Shown here: one piece after another, positions 16,212 through 30,032 of the stretch | Layout of the letters: each line of letters starts with the position of its first letter | Position numbering within the stretch: the stretch's first letter is position 1 | Source: Eledone cirrhosa | Taxonomy: Eukaryota | Assembly (NCBI GenBank): GCA_964016885.1 | Contig: OZ024745.1 | Span: 52,576,001 to 52,640,000 of the forward strand | DNA: 64,000 nt | Direction of reading: 5' to 3' | Position numbers and translations under genes: made by a program | Notes under the pieces: generated by a model | The model's input: the letters and a program-made list of their open reading frames with translations, nothing else | Databases searched by the model: none | Told to the model about the DNA's origin: nothing

Positions 16212-16921
16212 AACTCTTTATACTTCTTTGAATCCCTGACTCCTGCCTTCTCTCTATTTATCTGTGTATGATTCCCTCTCGCAAATCAAACAAACCATTT
16301 TCCGAATATTCTCCTTCATATTTCTGTTTTTATCTATTATGCTTTCAACAACATTCTACGATTATCTTTATCACATAGTTGTAAATTTCCTCCATTTTTT
16401 TTCTTCATTTACAATGCCTCAAAATGATTCAAACTATTGTTACTGTTATTCCCTCTGCTATAACACATTAGCATTCAATTCCCTCACGGTGTGCTCCCCC
16501 ACTACAACAGCATTACATGACACCATTTTCCAACGATCCACAACCATTCATTAAGTGAAGTCTCTTTCATGTTTCGCTAACAGTTTTTTTTCAAGTGCAA
16601 CGAGTAGTTGCGATAAAGCAGTCGGCCGCGAATGGATGCTTTGATCAAAGAAGGTGCTTTACGCTATGACTAAAGTAGTAATCGATGATTTTCTGTGTGC
16701 GGAGGAAGTAGAAGGGGAATAATATGCAATGAAGAAACGCAATGATCGGCTTTAATGACCCCATTTTCAAATGAACTCATAAAATGTAGCCAGGTATTTT
16801 ACACATATAAACATCATTAGATGACATGATACTTGCGTCCCACCCCACCCCACCCCACCCCACTCGAACAACACACACACGCACACGCATACCCACACAC
16901 ACACACATATATATATATATA

Positions 16922-16966
<45 letters not shown>

Positions 16967-17029
16967 CAAGGAAGAGACAAAACAGAGATATAAAAAACTT
17001 ATTAGTTTTATATGGAAAAGGGGAAAAGG

Positions 17030-17064
17030 AAGTACATTTCGGGCTTCAGCTCTTCGTCAGAAGC
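17030..17064 (-). ncRNA. Minimal PLE-type hammerhead remnant
   Basis: CTGACGA-agagc-tgaa-gccc-GAAAT-GTA, in a fragment abutting (TA)n. Stem I is not evident. Confidence 0.45.
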
Positions 17065-17141
17065 ACAAACGTTAGAGAAAGAACCACAAAGGATAACATC
17101 AGAAAATTAAAGATTGTCTTTAGTAAAAAAAAAATGAAAAT

Positions 17142-17300
17142 AATTGTTTCTACTTTAGGCACAAAGCCAGCAAATACCCAGTACATTACTGGTACTTTAT
17201 TTTATCGACCCCGTAAGGATGAAAGGCAAAGTTAATCTCGCGGGATTTGAACTCAGACTGTAAAGGGAGGTAACTATGCTAGAAAGCATGGCGTAATGCG
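17142..17300 (-). mobile_element. tRNA-derived SINE
   Basis: Same core as 156-337. Confidence 0.85.
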
Positions 17301-17454
17301 GGTAGACAAGACAAACCGTTAGGTAGACTTGGTAACGATTTGGGAACGGAAAATGAAATATGTGTGTATTACTTTCGCTATTATATGAGAGTGTGTGTAC
17401 ACACATACACACACACACACACAAATACACACACACACACACACACACACACAA

Positions 17455-17532
<78 letters not shown>

Positions 17533-17788
17533 ACACACACACATATATATATATACCTATTGTAAAACTATATATACGAAGCTCAAATGTATGTAGCGAA
17601 TTGCATGTGATAAGATATATTTACGACGTCATTCCCAAATTATCTCAATGTGATTATATTTGTCTGAAAACATAAAGTAGAATTTAGGGAATAAGAGTTG
17701 GAAGGTCAGACATAAACACAGAGTAAATATAATCAAACATATAGATGAAAAAAATTAGCATTTAAATAATGTATAAGGTAATGTATAT

Positions 17789-17962
17789 ATACCGTATTTC
17801 CCGGCTTTCTAAGACACTACTTTTTCCCTAGCATAAGCCTCTAAAATCTGTCATATGTCCGGCAGGTCGAAGGTTATTTATTATTATTTTGGTTAACATT
17901 TTAGGTTGTCAGAATTAGGGTGCGTCCTCCGGGACGAAGCGCCTTCGGCGCCGAGAATTATG

Positions 17963-17964
<2 letters not shown>
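17789..17964. mobile_element. Degenerate Tc1/mariner-pogo (Tc2-like) MITE
   Basis: Starts TACCGTATTTCCCGG..TAAGAC and contains GGGTGCGTCCT near a degenerate right end. This resembles TACCGTA-terminated MITEs. Confidence 0.5.
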
Positions 17965-18042
<78 letters not shown>

Positions 18043-18049
18043 GTAACAT

Positions 18050-18540
18050 GTATGCCAGTACAACTTGTCACATGGTCGGGTCGTTGGCGCCTAAACTGGC
18101 AACCCCACTAAGGTTTCTTGGTGAGGAGGGTGACTTTGGACATCCTGCAGAACTAAAATCAAAACCAGTCAAAGGGCAAAGGGGCTCTTAAGAATCAATG
18201 GCCATCCAAAATCACCGGGAGAGATGGCCCCTTAGCCTTTGTCAAGGCAGAATTCTAGGAGAAGGAACATTCTGATATAACACCTCCAACCCTGATGGTA
18301 TCCAATGATGTTGACTTGTTCTTCTTTTTGTTAAATATCATCTTGGTTAAGAGAGTGGGACTGGCTTTGTGCAGTGCCTTTGCTCACTATAAAAGCTTCA
18401 CGGCACAGGCATTACTTTATATCTGGAGATTTCTCTGCACTTGTCGTCACATGGTACCATGGACCCAGCACTATGTGTCAATAATTGTCACAAGTGTAAT
18501 GTTTGTACCAGAGTTTTCAAGTCGCTGGCTGGACTAAAAA
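18050..18540 (+). mobile_element. Probable RTE-clade LINE 5' UTR-derived fragment
   Basis: GC-richer segment with AAGGCAG..TCTAGGAGAAGGAACATTCTGA, resembling RTE 5' UTR motifs (recalled, not searched). Confidence 0.4.
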
Positions 18541-18733
18541 TTCACACTCGTTCAGTGCATCGGTAGGAGTTCTCCTACATGGATATAAGGTAGTGGTCGT
18601 ACTCGAAAACAAGTTGGCAGCCACCATGTATGTATGTGTGTATATATGTATGTATGTATGTATATATACATGTATATATATATATATGTTTATATATATA
18701 TGTGTATATATATATACATATATATATACATAC

Positions 18734-18858
<125 letters not shown>

Positions 18859-19722
18859 TGAGTTATAGATATATAGATATATGGCGTGTATAGTGTAAAT
18901 AAACATAATGATACTGCTTAATATTAATTTCATATATTTGGGAGTGTGTGTTTGTTTGTGTGTGCGTGAGTGTTTTCGTATGTGTTGAGCGTTCGAGCGT
19001 GTGTGACAAACAAAGATATATTAATGGCAAACATAAATATCTTTCTTTGAACGTTTGAGGGAATATTTGTAGTCATATTCGTACGTACAAATTTATATAT
19101 ATACAGCCCCTCTCTCACACACTCCCACAAACACACACACATACACATAAATATAAGTATGTATATATGTATGTTTGTTAGTATTTTTTATCCTTAAGGC
19201 ACGAAGGATCTAATATGAAATAACAGACAAATCAATTTTCCTTGAATATTGTTAAATGCAAACACGTAAGAGAATAACATGTCCTCAAATATTAGGATGT
19301 TAATGGATGCTGAAATCCTATTTCTATCAAAGAGCTTTATTAATGGAATCGAAACCTCGCATCCAAATCACCTATTTGGAATGCATCTATAATCATATAG
19401 ATGAAACACAGTTTGTACAACCATAGTCATCTTAAATTGTGTATGAAGACAATAGATTATAAGACTTCAAAAGAAACAATTTTAAAACAATTATGTTCGA
19501 AAACAAATACTGTCAGAACAGAATATCAGGTAAATGTCAGCAGAAACCAGATTGAAACCCAGATTCAAACAGTCAAGAGCGTTCAATCTTGATGTCAACT
19601 AACAGCATTCACACACTCACAAACACACAAACGCACGAACATACACGTACGTATGTACATGTATGTCTTTGTACGGGTTTAAGTATACATACATATAACA
19701 TTTTATCTATCACTTTCACATC

Positions 19723-19809
<87 letters not shown>

Positions 19810-19817
<8 letters not shown>

Positions 19818-20000
19818 CATTCGCACCGTTTCCTTTCGCTATATGTCTCTCCACCACTCCCCTACACACCTTTTTAACTCTCACCTGAAGAAGGGCTTAT
19901 GCCCGAAACGTCGTCCCCCACCTACCCCCCACTCTCCTGAGCGTGAATTTAATAAACATTTATCGTACTGCCTCTCTGTTCTGTCCCTGTTCAATTTTTC

Positions 20001-20003
<3 letters not shown>
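19810..20003 (+). mobile_element. PLE 3' terminal-repeat fragment in (TA)n
   Basis: Near-identical reverse-complement copy at 63217-63390. Contains an HHR and AATAAA. Confidence 0.8.
19882..19914 (+). ncRNA. Minimal hammerhead ribozyme
   Basis: cac-CTGAAGA-a-gggc-ttat-gccc-GAAAC-GTC-gt, the typical minimal PLE HHR with palindromic ACGT in place of stem III. Confidence 0.65.
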
Positions 20004-20097
<94 letters not shown>

Positions 20098-21407
20098 GTG
20101 TGTGTGTGTGTATTGAAAGTGCTCTTTGTCGAGACTGAGTAGAACACGAAGCAAGGCAATACTTAATGCACTAGAAGGGGCCGGGTGTGTATAAATGAAC
20201 GTATACCCGACCATGACGCCTACTTGTACCGGCTTGTGTATAGCATCCCCTGCAAAATATAAACATGGGTATGAAGGATCTTTCCCAAATTTAGCTATGA
20301 AGTAACTTGGGGGAATGTGTGGCATTGTGTCACTTCAGGTTGATCGATTGTTTCAGCAACTGGTATATGTAGATGGTCAGCATTGGCATTGTGAAAAGCG
20401 GGTGAAGGTTAGATTGCTCTAAACTGAGGAGAAGACTGATATGAAGGAGCAGGTAGTCGATGGTAGATGCATCTTTACAAGAAAATATTATAAGGAGTGG
20501 AAATGTCAAGGTAGGTGCGGAGAAATGTTATATTCACGAATGTATTATATATGTCCCCTCAGAGAATAGATCGTCTTGTTAATGTACTGTAAATTGTTTC
20601 ATTTCCTAAATCCTTTAAAATGTATCTAAGCGAGACCGTACACCCGGCAATTTCCAATGTTTCCAATTTCCGTAATATAGATGGGTGAGTGTTACGGTCA
20701 GATATGATTACAATGTTCAATTTTTCAAATAAATTATAGGATGTCAGCTCTTGAGAAGATAGGTTGTGACAGTGCTTTCATAGAATATATATAGGACAAT
20801 GGATTACTAGTATAATTGAGCAAAACAGAAAGAAAAAAACATTGTATTTTCAAATAAAGATATTTACAAAGACGTTTATATAATGATTTAAAGGCCACTG
20901 TCGTTGTGTGCTGTCATATTTTGGTATACGTAACATATGATGGCATAATCAGATTAGTTCATCAATGTTGTAGAGAGAACAACTAGACTATCGATGTGCA
21001 AATCATATTTATCTGGTTGTATGTTTATCATGTGACATATCATCCAGTAGATATAAAATAGCATAAACATGATATGATATTTATGGAATCCCTTATAATA
21101 TAATTTCGAAAGACAAATCGCATCCCTGTAAAAAAACAATAATAATGATAACAATAATGATATCCTGTCGTATTACTTTCTCTTTTCCAATGACATCTAG
21201 GTAAATTTTCTTGTAAGAATGAACAGCTGGCCGAATTATTCGATTAAGTTGTGTTCTTACTTTCAATTTTGATTCAGGTAAATGATAGATCTGGCTGTGA
21301 ATGTTGTAAGGAATGGAAGCAAGAGGTTCATCGCAGATTAAATCTTAATTGGGAATTAAATGTTTGTCACTGAATCCTATTTCTGCACACACACACACTC
21401 AAAAATG

Positions 21408-21503
<96 letters not shown>

Positions 21504-22781
21504 ACACACACACACATATACATATACATGCACACACACACACACTTAGAAATACTTCCTATTTACCAGGAAATATTTGCTACAGGTATCCTGTACTAAC
21601 ACAAGTTAAACGATACATTTGACTCAATATACCGTCACCAAATTCGAGTTAGACACTGTAATGCTGTATTCTATTCTTTGAAGTCACCTGTTATAATTTC
21701 ATTCAACGACACCAACAGCTCTCTCTTTCTCTATCATTTTCCTTCCTTGTCTCCTCCCCCCTCTCTCTCTGTCTATCTTTGTGTCTTTCTTTCAATCTAC
21801 TCTCCCACAAACACTATTTATTTACTCTCTGTCTTTCTTTCTCTCAATTTATTATGGTACCTGGAAAAACACCATATCTCGTGACCCATGCTCTGATTTA
21901 CGCGAAACTCGTTTTATTCCATTTGTTTTCCCATTCAATGGTCAACTTCCTTTCAAAGTATTTTCCCATTATGCACCGTTTTGGCATTACAGACATGCAT
22001 ACAATCACACAGTTTTCGTAGTATATAGATTCCTAACAATAATAAGAAAGTCAATTCTAAAAAGTGTTTTTCAACCTCTAAGCATTTATTATAAAATTTA
22101 AAAAGAAGCATTGCCAATTACTTAAATATATCACGTATCAACAGGAGAAAATATGGAAAATGATGTAAGAGTATATATCTAATTCCAAATGGTGGCATGT
22201 TTAAAATGTATGTAACTGAATTTCAGTAATTATTCATATCATTGCAGACATATTCTATTACTGCTTAAGAATATGTTTCACAATTGAAATGGCTGCGTTG
22301 AATAGTCAATCACTGGCTCATCAGGGCAAGGATTGATCGATATATGAGCTCACACCTCTAAATACAAATCCGGAACTGACGAAAAAACACACATCGTATA
22401 GAATCACTACGTCTAATCGTGTTCTGTGTATGTGTGTGTGTAGGTGTGAGTGGCTGTATGTGTATTTGTGTGGGTGTATCTGCGTGTGTGTGTGTGTGTG
22501 TGTGTAGGTGTGCGTGGGTGTGTGTGTGTATGTGCGTGCGAGTGTGTGTATGTGCTAGTGAGTGTATGTATGTGTGTGAGTATGGTTTGAGGTAAGATTG
22601 GTCGGGTGACCGTGTCTCGCTCGTTTAGGATTATCTGGCAGGTTTTCTACACACATATATGCATATGTTTGAGTATGTGTATGTATATATACATTACGTA
22701 TCTTGTGTATGTATTAGAATGTCTATTAACACAAGTCTTGGAAATGCGCCTTATATTGCCACATATATTGCCTTACACGTT

Positions 22782-22876
22782 CGATAAATAAAGTACATGT
22801 AACGAATGGGATCGATTTCATTGACTTCCGCTTCCCTTCAAATTGCTGGCCTTGTGCTTAGTAGAAATCATTATTT
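22782..22876 (+). mobile_element. SINE 3' fragment
   Basis: cgataaataaagtac..aaattgctggccttgtgc..gtagaaa matches the SINE tail. Confidence 0.65.
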
Positions 22877-23411
22877 TTTTTTTTACCAATTTTTTTTTAC
22901 CTTAACACACTAATTGATATAAACAGAAGCGTTGTAATTAAATTATTTATCTATGATTTACTAACAACCACTAATGCAATATTTCATTACCTGACATATT
23001 CTAGACTGAGCAGCTGATCAGAACTATCAAGAGCTTTACATACATCATTAGGCTTATTTTTTTATTTAATTGATTATATCTAAGCGTTTATCACAGACAA
23101 AACTTTCGTTTCCAGTTTTTAGTTTGATGTGTTATGAGAATATTAAGTAACGTTAAAATAACTGTGGCAGTAGCATAAATATAAGGAGAAGGATTTTACT
23201 ACTCTTCCAAAGTTTAAAAACTACTTTAACGCTGTAGTTTAAAATATATTTAGTGATTAAATATATAGCATTCTTGATGATTTCATACTAATGAAACAGT
23301 TCCATTCTCCCTTTCTCACTTTCTCCCCTGCTCTCTCTCTCTCTCACTCTATCTCTCTCTCTCTCTCTCTATCTCTCTCTCACTCCCTCTTTCTATATAT
23401 ATATCTATATA

Positions 23412-23469
<58 letters not shown>

Positions 23470-23903
23470 TATGTACGCGTACATACATACATGTATACAG
23501 ACGCACAGTAGCTATCGTCAGCAACGTATAGCTTCCTGCCAGATTGTTGAACGTATATACTTACATTATGCATATTAACGGCTGAATAGCCCAATTTGCA
23601 TATCGAGTAGGTTAATCGGCCGGGTGCACCGAAAACGATAAACGAAAAAAATGAAACGAAATTTCATTTCCCACTCTTAGTACGGCTGTTACTTAAATAT
23701 AAGTATGTACACGTACATACATACATATTTAAAAACGCACAGTAGTATGTATATATATATACATACATGCACACATATATATATGTACGTATGGATTCAC
23801 CGAACATTTATTATAATGCTCGGTGTGTTTGTAAACAAACATCCCGTATTAAGCCGTAGTGTCTAGCAACTATCATAGCTCATTGTTCAACACTGACAAA
23901 GGA

Positions 23904-23946
23904 ACGCTGTACTAGTTTCAAGCTTATTAGCTATCGTCAGCAACGT
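23904..23946 (-). ncRNA. Minimal type I hammerhead ribozyme
   Basis: acgttg-CTGACGA-t-agct-aata-agct-t-GAAAC-ta-GTA-cagcgt, with a 6 bp stem I including one G-U. Confidence 0.85.
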
Positions 23947-24321
23947 ATACCTTCCCGCCAGATTGTTGAACGTATATACTTACCTTATGCATATTAACGG
24001 CTGAGTAGCCCAATTTGCATATCGAGTGGGTTAATCGGGCGGGTGCACCGAACACGATAAACGGAAAAAATGAACGAAATTCCATTTCCCACTCTTAGTA
24101 CGGCTGTTACTTAAATATAAGTATGTACACGTACATACATGCATGTATACAGACGCACAGTAGTATGTATATATATATACATACATGCACACATATATAT
24201 ATATACGTATGGATTCACCGAACATTTATTATAATGCTCGGTGTGTTTGTAAACAAACATCCCGTATTAAGCCGTAGTGTCTAGCAACCATCATTGCTCA
24301 CTGTTCAACACTGACAAAGAA

Positions 24322-24364
24322 ACGCTGTACTAGTTTCAAGCTTATTAGCTATCGTCAGCAACGT
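24322..24364 (-). ncRNA. Minimal type I hammerhead ribozyme
   Basis: Identical to 23904-23946. Confidence 0.85.
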
Positions 24365-24365
24365 A

Positions 24366-24620
24366 TGGAGGTGGCCACACCATTACCTAAGATCTTTCTC
24401 TCCCTTATTATGAAGCATTTACCCCAGCACATAAATATAAATAATTTTAAATAGAAATACCATTAACATTTCTTACTCTACGACTCCTAACCTTGCACAT
24501 AACATCACAGCTTCAAATTAAGCTAAACTACCTAGCCGTATGAACATGTGCAACTCTGTAGCTAGTACTAACTGTAATTGTAGGAATCGGGTTGATTGCC
24601 CCTATCCAGGAAATGCCTCT
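24366..24620 (+). pseudogene. PLE (Naiad-like) RT-EN linker remnant
   Basis: Translates EVATPLPKIFLSLIMKH..NRNTINISYSTTPNLAHNITASN*..TNCNCRNRVDCP, homologous to ORF 59685-60455. Confidence 0.8.
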
Positions 24621-24879
24621 CATTTCGGCTTGTAAACATAAATTGCACAAAACTTTCCTGTATTACAGCCCCACATTATATCCTAACGGATAATACGAAC
24701 TATATGCGGATTATTTACGTTTTGATGTGGTAGCTAAGTGTATGTTATGTTAATACCATTACTTATTCGTATAGGTAAGTATATATTACCTGTATGTTTT
24801 GTGAAGTTACGTATTCTTTCTCGTACGCATATTTGCTTGTATATGTTATTCATGTATATATTATATATACTGGTACATG

Positions 24880-25915
24880 TGCATTTGGTTATGTGTATAC
24901 GCGAGTTTTGCGCCTGTGTGAGTATGCGGGTTCGTACGTATGTAATGTGTGTGTATATGTGTACTTTGTGTTTTGGTTGACGTTCGTCCGCGAACATATG
25001 TGTATTTACATGTAGGTGTGTGTGTATACACGCGTTATATACGTATTTATGTATGTATATTTATATACGTTTATTTAATTATATATACACGCACACACAC
25101 ACGTGTGTATGTATATATGTTTTTTATATATATTTTTATGTGTATTTGGTGTATACGTTCGTATGTGTGCGGGTACAGGCGTAGCGTCGGTCCTGTATGT
25201 GCGTGCCTGTTTGTTTTTGTGTACGTGCTTGTATTTGCATACACATGGCGAGTGTTTTCGCGTATGCTTGTGTATGTACGTATATGGATGCGTGTATGTA
25301 TATATTTAATTTCATTTACCTCTGCATTTTATTTACTTTATTCTTAACTCTGAAGCCGAGAATCATTATGTTTCCTAAATAGAATTTTAGTCTACGACTT
25401 CAGTTATACGATTTACGTGGTTTTGTCTTTACGTGTAATTGTTCTCTTTCCTCCACATAATGACGTATTATCTTGGTTTATTTGCGTTCATTGCCAGAGA
25501 ACGTCTCCATGACCATCTAATAGAATATTAGTCTACGACTTCATTTATACCATAAACGAGGTTTTGTCTTTGAATGCAATTGTATTCACCGCACCAAATA
25601 ATTGTTTCTACTTTAGGCACAAGGCCAGCAATTACCCAGTACATTACTGGTACTTTATTTTATCGACCCCGTAAGGATGAAAGACAAAGTTAACCTCGGC
25701 GGGATTTGAAATAATGACGTATTGTCTTCATTTATTTCCGTTCTTTGCCAGGGAACGTTTCGACGAACCAAAGTATCGTCTTCCTGTCTTCCTTCGGTTG
25801 CAACGTTTTTTGAAATATTTACTTCTGCGTTCACAGATTGACTTTTTTTGTTTCACAAGATCCCGTTAAAGGAGAAAGCAGCGACTCTTTGCTTAAGCTT
25901 TAATCTGTTACTTTA
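24880..25915 (+). mobile_element. PLE 3' region with internal ~140 bp tandem duplication
   Basis: Homologous to 42930-43935. Ends at (TA)n/(TTA)n. Confidence 0.7.
25601..25710 (-). mobile_element. 5'-truncated SINE with 7 bp TSD
   Basis: SINE core flanked by aaataat at 25596-25602 and 25709-25715. Absent from the paralog near 43725. Confidence 0.85.
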
Positions 25916-25930
25916 ATATATATATATATA

Positions 25931-25970
<40 letters not shown>

Positions 25971-25977
<7 letters not shown>

Positions 25978-26120
25978 GAAATGAAAGCTGTCGCCGTATT
26001 TTGACTAAAGAAATTGAAAAAAATTATTTAGCCTGATAGTGGGGTTAAGAACTATCAGGCTAAATAATTACTTTAATTTCTTTAGTCAAAATACGGCGAT
26101 AGCTTACATTTCTAATAATT
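25971..26120. repeat. Fold-back element, ~70 bp arms
   Basis: attattagaaatg..tagcctgatagt versus actatcaggcta..catttctaataat, with a 10 nt loop. Confidence 0.9.
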
Positions 26121-26155
26121 TCAAATCAACTCGCTGTTTCGAAAATATTCTTACT

Positions 26156-26248
<93 letters not shown>

Positions 26249-26249
26249 T

Positions 26250-27176
26250 AGGGAATGTAACTTGGAGTTACTGCAGGTTAACCCGGGTGAGCACTCGATG
26301 TTTAGGTTCACTTCTGTGTTGAGGTGTAGAGCTATACAGAGTGTAATATATTGAAAGGATAACAAGGTCGTTTGGTTACTCCTTCATTACATATATTGGT
26401 AGGTAACGCGCGTTTCGCCACTGATCAGCTCAAGATTCGATCTGTATCGATTTTAAACGACTCAATAATCGGCAGCTGGACGGACCATTTAAAATGGTAG
26501 AAGAAAATGAATACATGCTATGTGATAAAGTCAGGAGTTCAGAAGTTGTACAATATGAGTTGTTTTGATTGGTGGAAAATATCATAGGGATGTATTGGCC
26601 TATAGTGTATGTGGGTGTGGATGTAATGATAATATGTTGGTGACGGTCGCTGTGGGGGTAGTGGATTGTCGGTAGACAGGTTGGCGTATGTTTTGGGCTG
26701 GTTATTGTGTGGGGGTGTGGTTGTGCTGTTGTTGTTTATGGTAGTGGCGTTTGTGATAGTGTGGTGGATGTGTTGGTGGTGTCAAGTCCATGGGGAGGTA
26801 CATATCTAGACACTCTTATTCTGACAAATACGTTGTATATATATGCATGCGTATATATACTGACATATATACATACACACCTATATACACAAACATACAA
26901 GCGCCCACACACATACACACCTACATATATCCATATGCATATATGCACACACATATATATGCTCATGCGCGCGTGTGGATATATAGAGAGAAGGGGAGTA
27001 TCGGTGGCGGTGGCGTAGTATAAAGACAGAGGGAGGGGGAGAGCAAATGGAGATGGTGTTGTACATATAGACATACACATACATACACACATAAACACGC
27101 ACACACATACACATATAGATATACACACATACACGTACACACAGATATACACATACATATTTATATATACACACAC

Positions 27177-27217
<41 letters not shown>

Positions 27218-29123
27218 TATATATATACACGCACACATATAGAAAAATACTTATACACAGATACACACACTTGCGTTGGTTCGAGAGGGAAGATATGCGT
27301 TGGCGATGCTAATGAAGTTAATGATTGTTGAGGGATGGAGTTGTGACTTGTGGTGGCGGTGGTGGAGTTGTGAGCGAGTAACATTTCCAGGATCAAATAA
27401 TCCGATGGGTTACAGGTTAAAAGGTGACATAGGGAACACGGGAGTTTGTGAACGTATAGCGATGTGTGTTGTGGTCATGGTCGTGGTGGTTGTGGTGATG
27501 GGGTGATATGTTCAACAATATGATTACATGATCAGATGTTACGGTGGGTTACAGGGTAAAGCATAGGGAGAGGGCAGATCTAACACAATCGTTCTGGGAA
27601 TGAGAGGTGATATGTGTTGATGATGTTAATGATGTTAATGATTCATGAAGTATGTGGATGTATCTAGTGGTGGCGGTGGTGGTGTGTGCGACAGCATATT
27701 TACAGGATCGAATTTTGCGTGAGGTTGTAGGTTAGGGTAGACAGAGGGAACATGGGGGAGTAAGGTTGCGGGTGTGGGATGGTAGACATATAACGATGTG
27801 TGCCGTGGTGGTGGTGGTGGTGATGGGATGTTACTATATTTGCAAGGTAAAAAACTGACAGAGAGGACAGATAGAACACAATGTTGCAAAGATGAGGGGT
27901 GTATGGCGATGTGATTTTTGGTGGGGTTGATGAATGCGGCATGATATACAAAATACGGACTTACAAATGGTTACATGCAATACAATAAAATAAATTCACT
28001 GAGATGAGGTATGGTGAGACGGAGCAGAGGTGGTTATTATTATGCTGGGTCATGGTTAGTGTGCGGCCCTCCCCTGAATGTTTGAGGAGAAAGAGTGTTC
28101 ATCCTGGTGTGTCTCCAATTGACAATTATGTCTGACCTATAGTTTATGACAGATTTTAATTTAATTATTTCGGCTGCCTCGGCCAGGCATAACCCGCAGT
28201 GGTTTCTGTCACTGGAGAGTTGCAACACGCGTCTTTTGACTGACCATGTGACCTGGGATTCCATGTTCTTGTCCTTGAGGTCCCAGATCAAGTCGGCCAG
28301 TCTGGTTTGGGATCGTTTCAGCCTATGTTTAATGGAGCTTCTATGGTTTTATCAACGCTCCTTAAATTTAGTGGAGGTCGCACCTATGTATGAGTACTCT
28401 TTATTGCCGGCTGTGACATCACACCGGTAAACAATGTTTTTAACGAGGCACTCCCCGTTTAGTGTTCATTCAGCCCGTTTTTTGCAGTTGCAGTTGGGTG
28501 TTACCGGTGTGGTGGCATGTTGCCGGTTGGTGGTGTGCTGTGTGGAGCTGGCATGTGGGTTGTTGTGTTGTGTTGTGTATGTGGTTTCGTTCTGGGTTGT
28601 GGTAGTGGTTTGTTGTGGGGCAACATGTGTTTTCGTATTTTTGTCCTATTGGTTTGTGCTATCGTGTGGCCTAGATGCGGTGCAGTGGCGAAAGAGAATT
28701 TTACAGTGTGTCTATTGAGGTATTGTGGTATTTATGTGTTTGTGGGAAAGATTGTTCAAGAGCCCTGAAGAAGGTTCCCGGTATATTGGTGGCAACGTGT
28801 ATAGAATACACCATGTCACATGTCTACTTTGGGCTGTGCGGTGTTTAGTGAGGTTTTTGTTGTTATGTGGTACTATGGATGCGTTTTGGTCAGGCGTATG
28901 TGTCATAGGGCTTCCTAGTAATATTGTACAACTTATGAACTACTGACTTTATCACATAGCATGTATTCATTCTCTTATACCATTTAAAAGAGTCCGTCGA
29001 GCTGCCGATTATTGAGTCGGGTAAGATCGATACAGATCGAACATTGAGCTGATCAGTGACGAAACGCGCGTCACCTACCAATAAATGTAATGAAGGAGTA
29101 ACCAATCGTCCTTGTTATCCTTT

Positions 29124-29127
<4 letters not shown>
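26250..29127 (-). mobile_element. 5'-truncated Naiad-like PLE with inverted terminal repeat
   Basis: 28925-29127 is the reverse complement of ~26345-26560. GIY-YIG remnant inside. (TA)n on both sides. Confidence 0.8.
28040..28510 (-). pseudogene. GIY-YIG endonuclease remnant of PLE
   Basis: PNCNCKKRAE*TLNGECLVKNIVYRCDVT..YSYIGATSTKFKER**NHRSS..LIWDLKDKN..CGLCLAE..NWRH. Confidence 0.85.
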
Positions 29128-29195
<68 letters not shown>

Positions 29196-30032
29196 AAATG
29201 GGGAGAAGAATACTGCAGGTTGCACATGGATAACATGTAATAAAATAAGTCCCTCATCAGTGATTTGCCGACGATCATAGATATGTCATTGCATTAAAAA
29301 TCATATACCTCACGCCGGTGCAATAATAACTAAATTAAGTTATTAGGACAATTAAAACGCGTAAACCGAGTGAGACAAGATAACAACAAAGAGGAGAGCT
29401 AACCGTAGAAGGAAGGGAACAAGCTACATAGTTATTATGTTAGCATAAGCTAGGTGAATATATGAGCGCTTAGAAAAAAGACCTTTCGGGAACGAATCCA
29501 AATGTGAGAAAGAGAGAAAATGTTTTCGTCGCGAACGGGGTGAAGTGAGAAGAGGAGAAACAGTGAGTGAGTGAGTGGAAGAGTGAGGAAGAGTTAACTG
29601 ACGTGGCAGAGGGGGCGAAAGAAAGTAGGAGAAACAGAGAGAACGAGGGAGCAGATATATATATATATATGTATATATATAAATATATATATATATATAT
29701 TATATATTATATATATTTTATCTAATAATTCTAAGGACATGATTTATGATATATTGCTCTGATTATTTAATTTATTAATTCTTCATTGAGCCGTGAACAT
29801 ATATATATCTGTGACTTTATGTATGTGTAAATCTTTATATTTAATAATCTCCCGTTGGGTTGAGATGGAATTTGGGCGATATTGGGCTGCGCTTTCTAGC
29901 AACCAGTCTACTCGCTGTAAGCAACTAATCACATTCTTTCTAACTTGATCACTGCCACGTCACGATTCTTAGCCATTTTTTGAATCGATTTCTGGCGCGA
30001 TCGCTTTGAAAATTAACTGTCCTATTGAGTTT

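Larger units (their letters stand above)
23468..24365 (-). repeat. Tandem ~418-420 bp HHR-containing repeat (retrozyme/pLTR-like)
   Basis: agctatcgtcagcaacgta recurs at ~23509, 23929 and 24347, with near-identical units. Confidence 0.9.

Noticed and set aside
29045-29075. CTGATCA-gtgac-GAAAC-gcgc-GTC as a minimal HHR
   Set aside because: The paralog at 3196-3281 shows the true 5' core lies ~60 nt upstream. CTGATCA is part of stem II.
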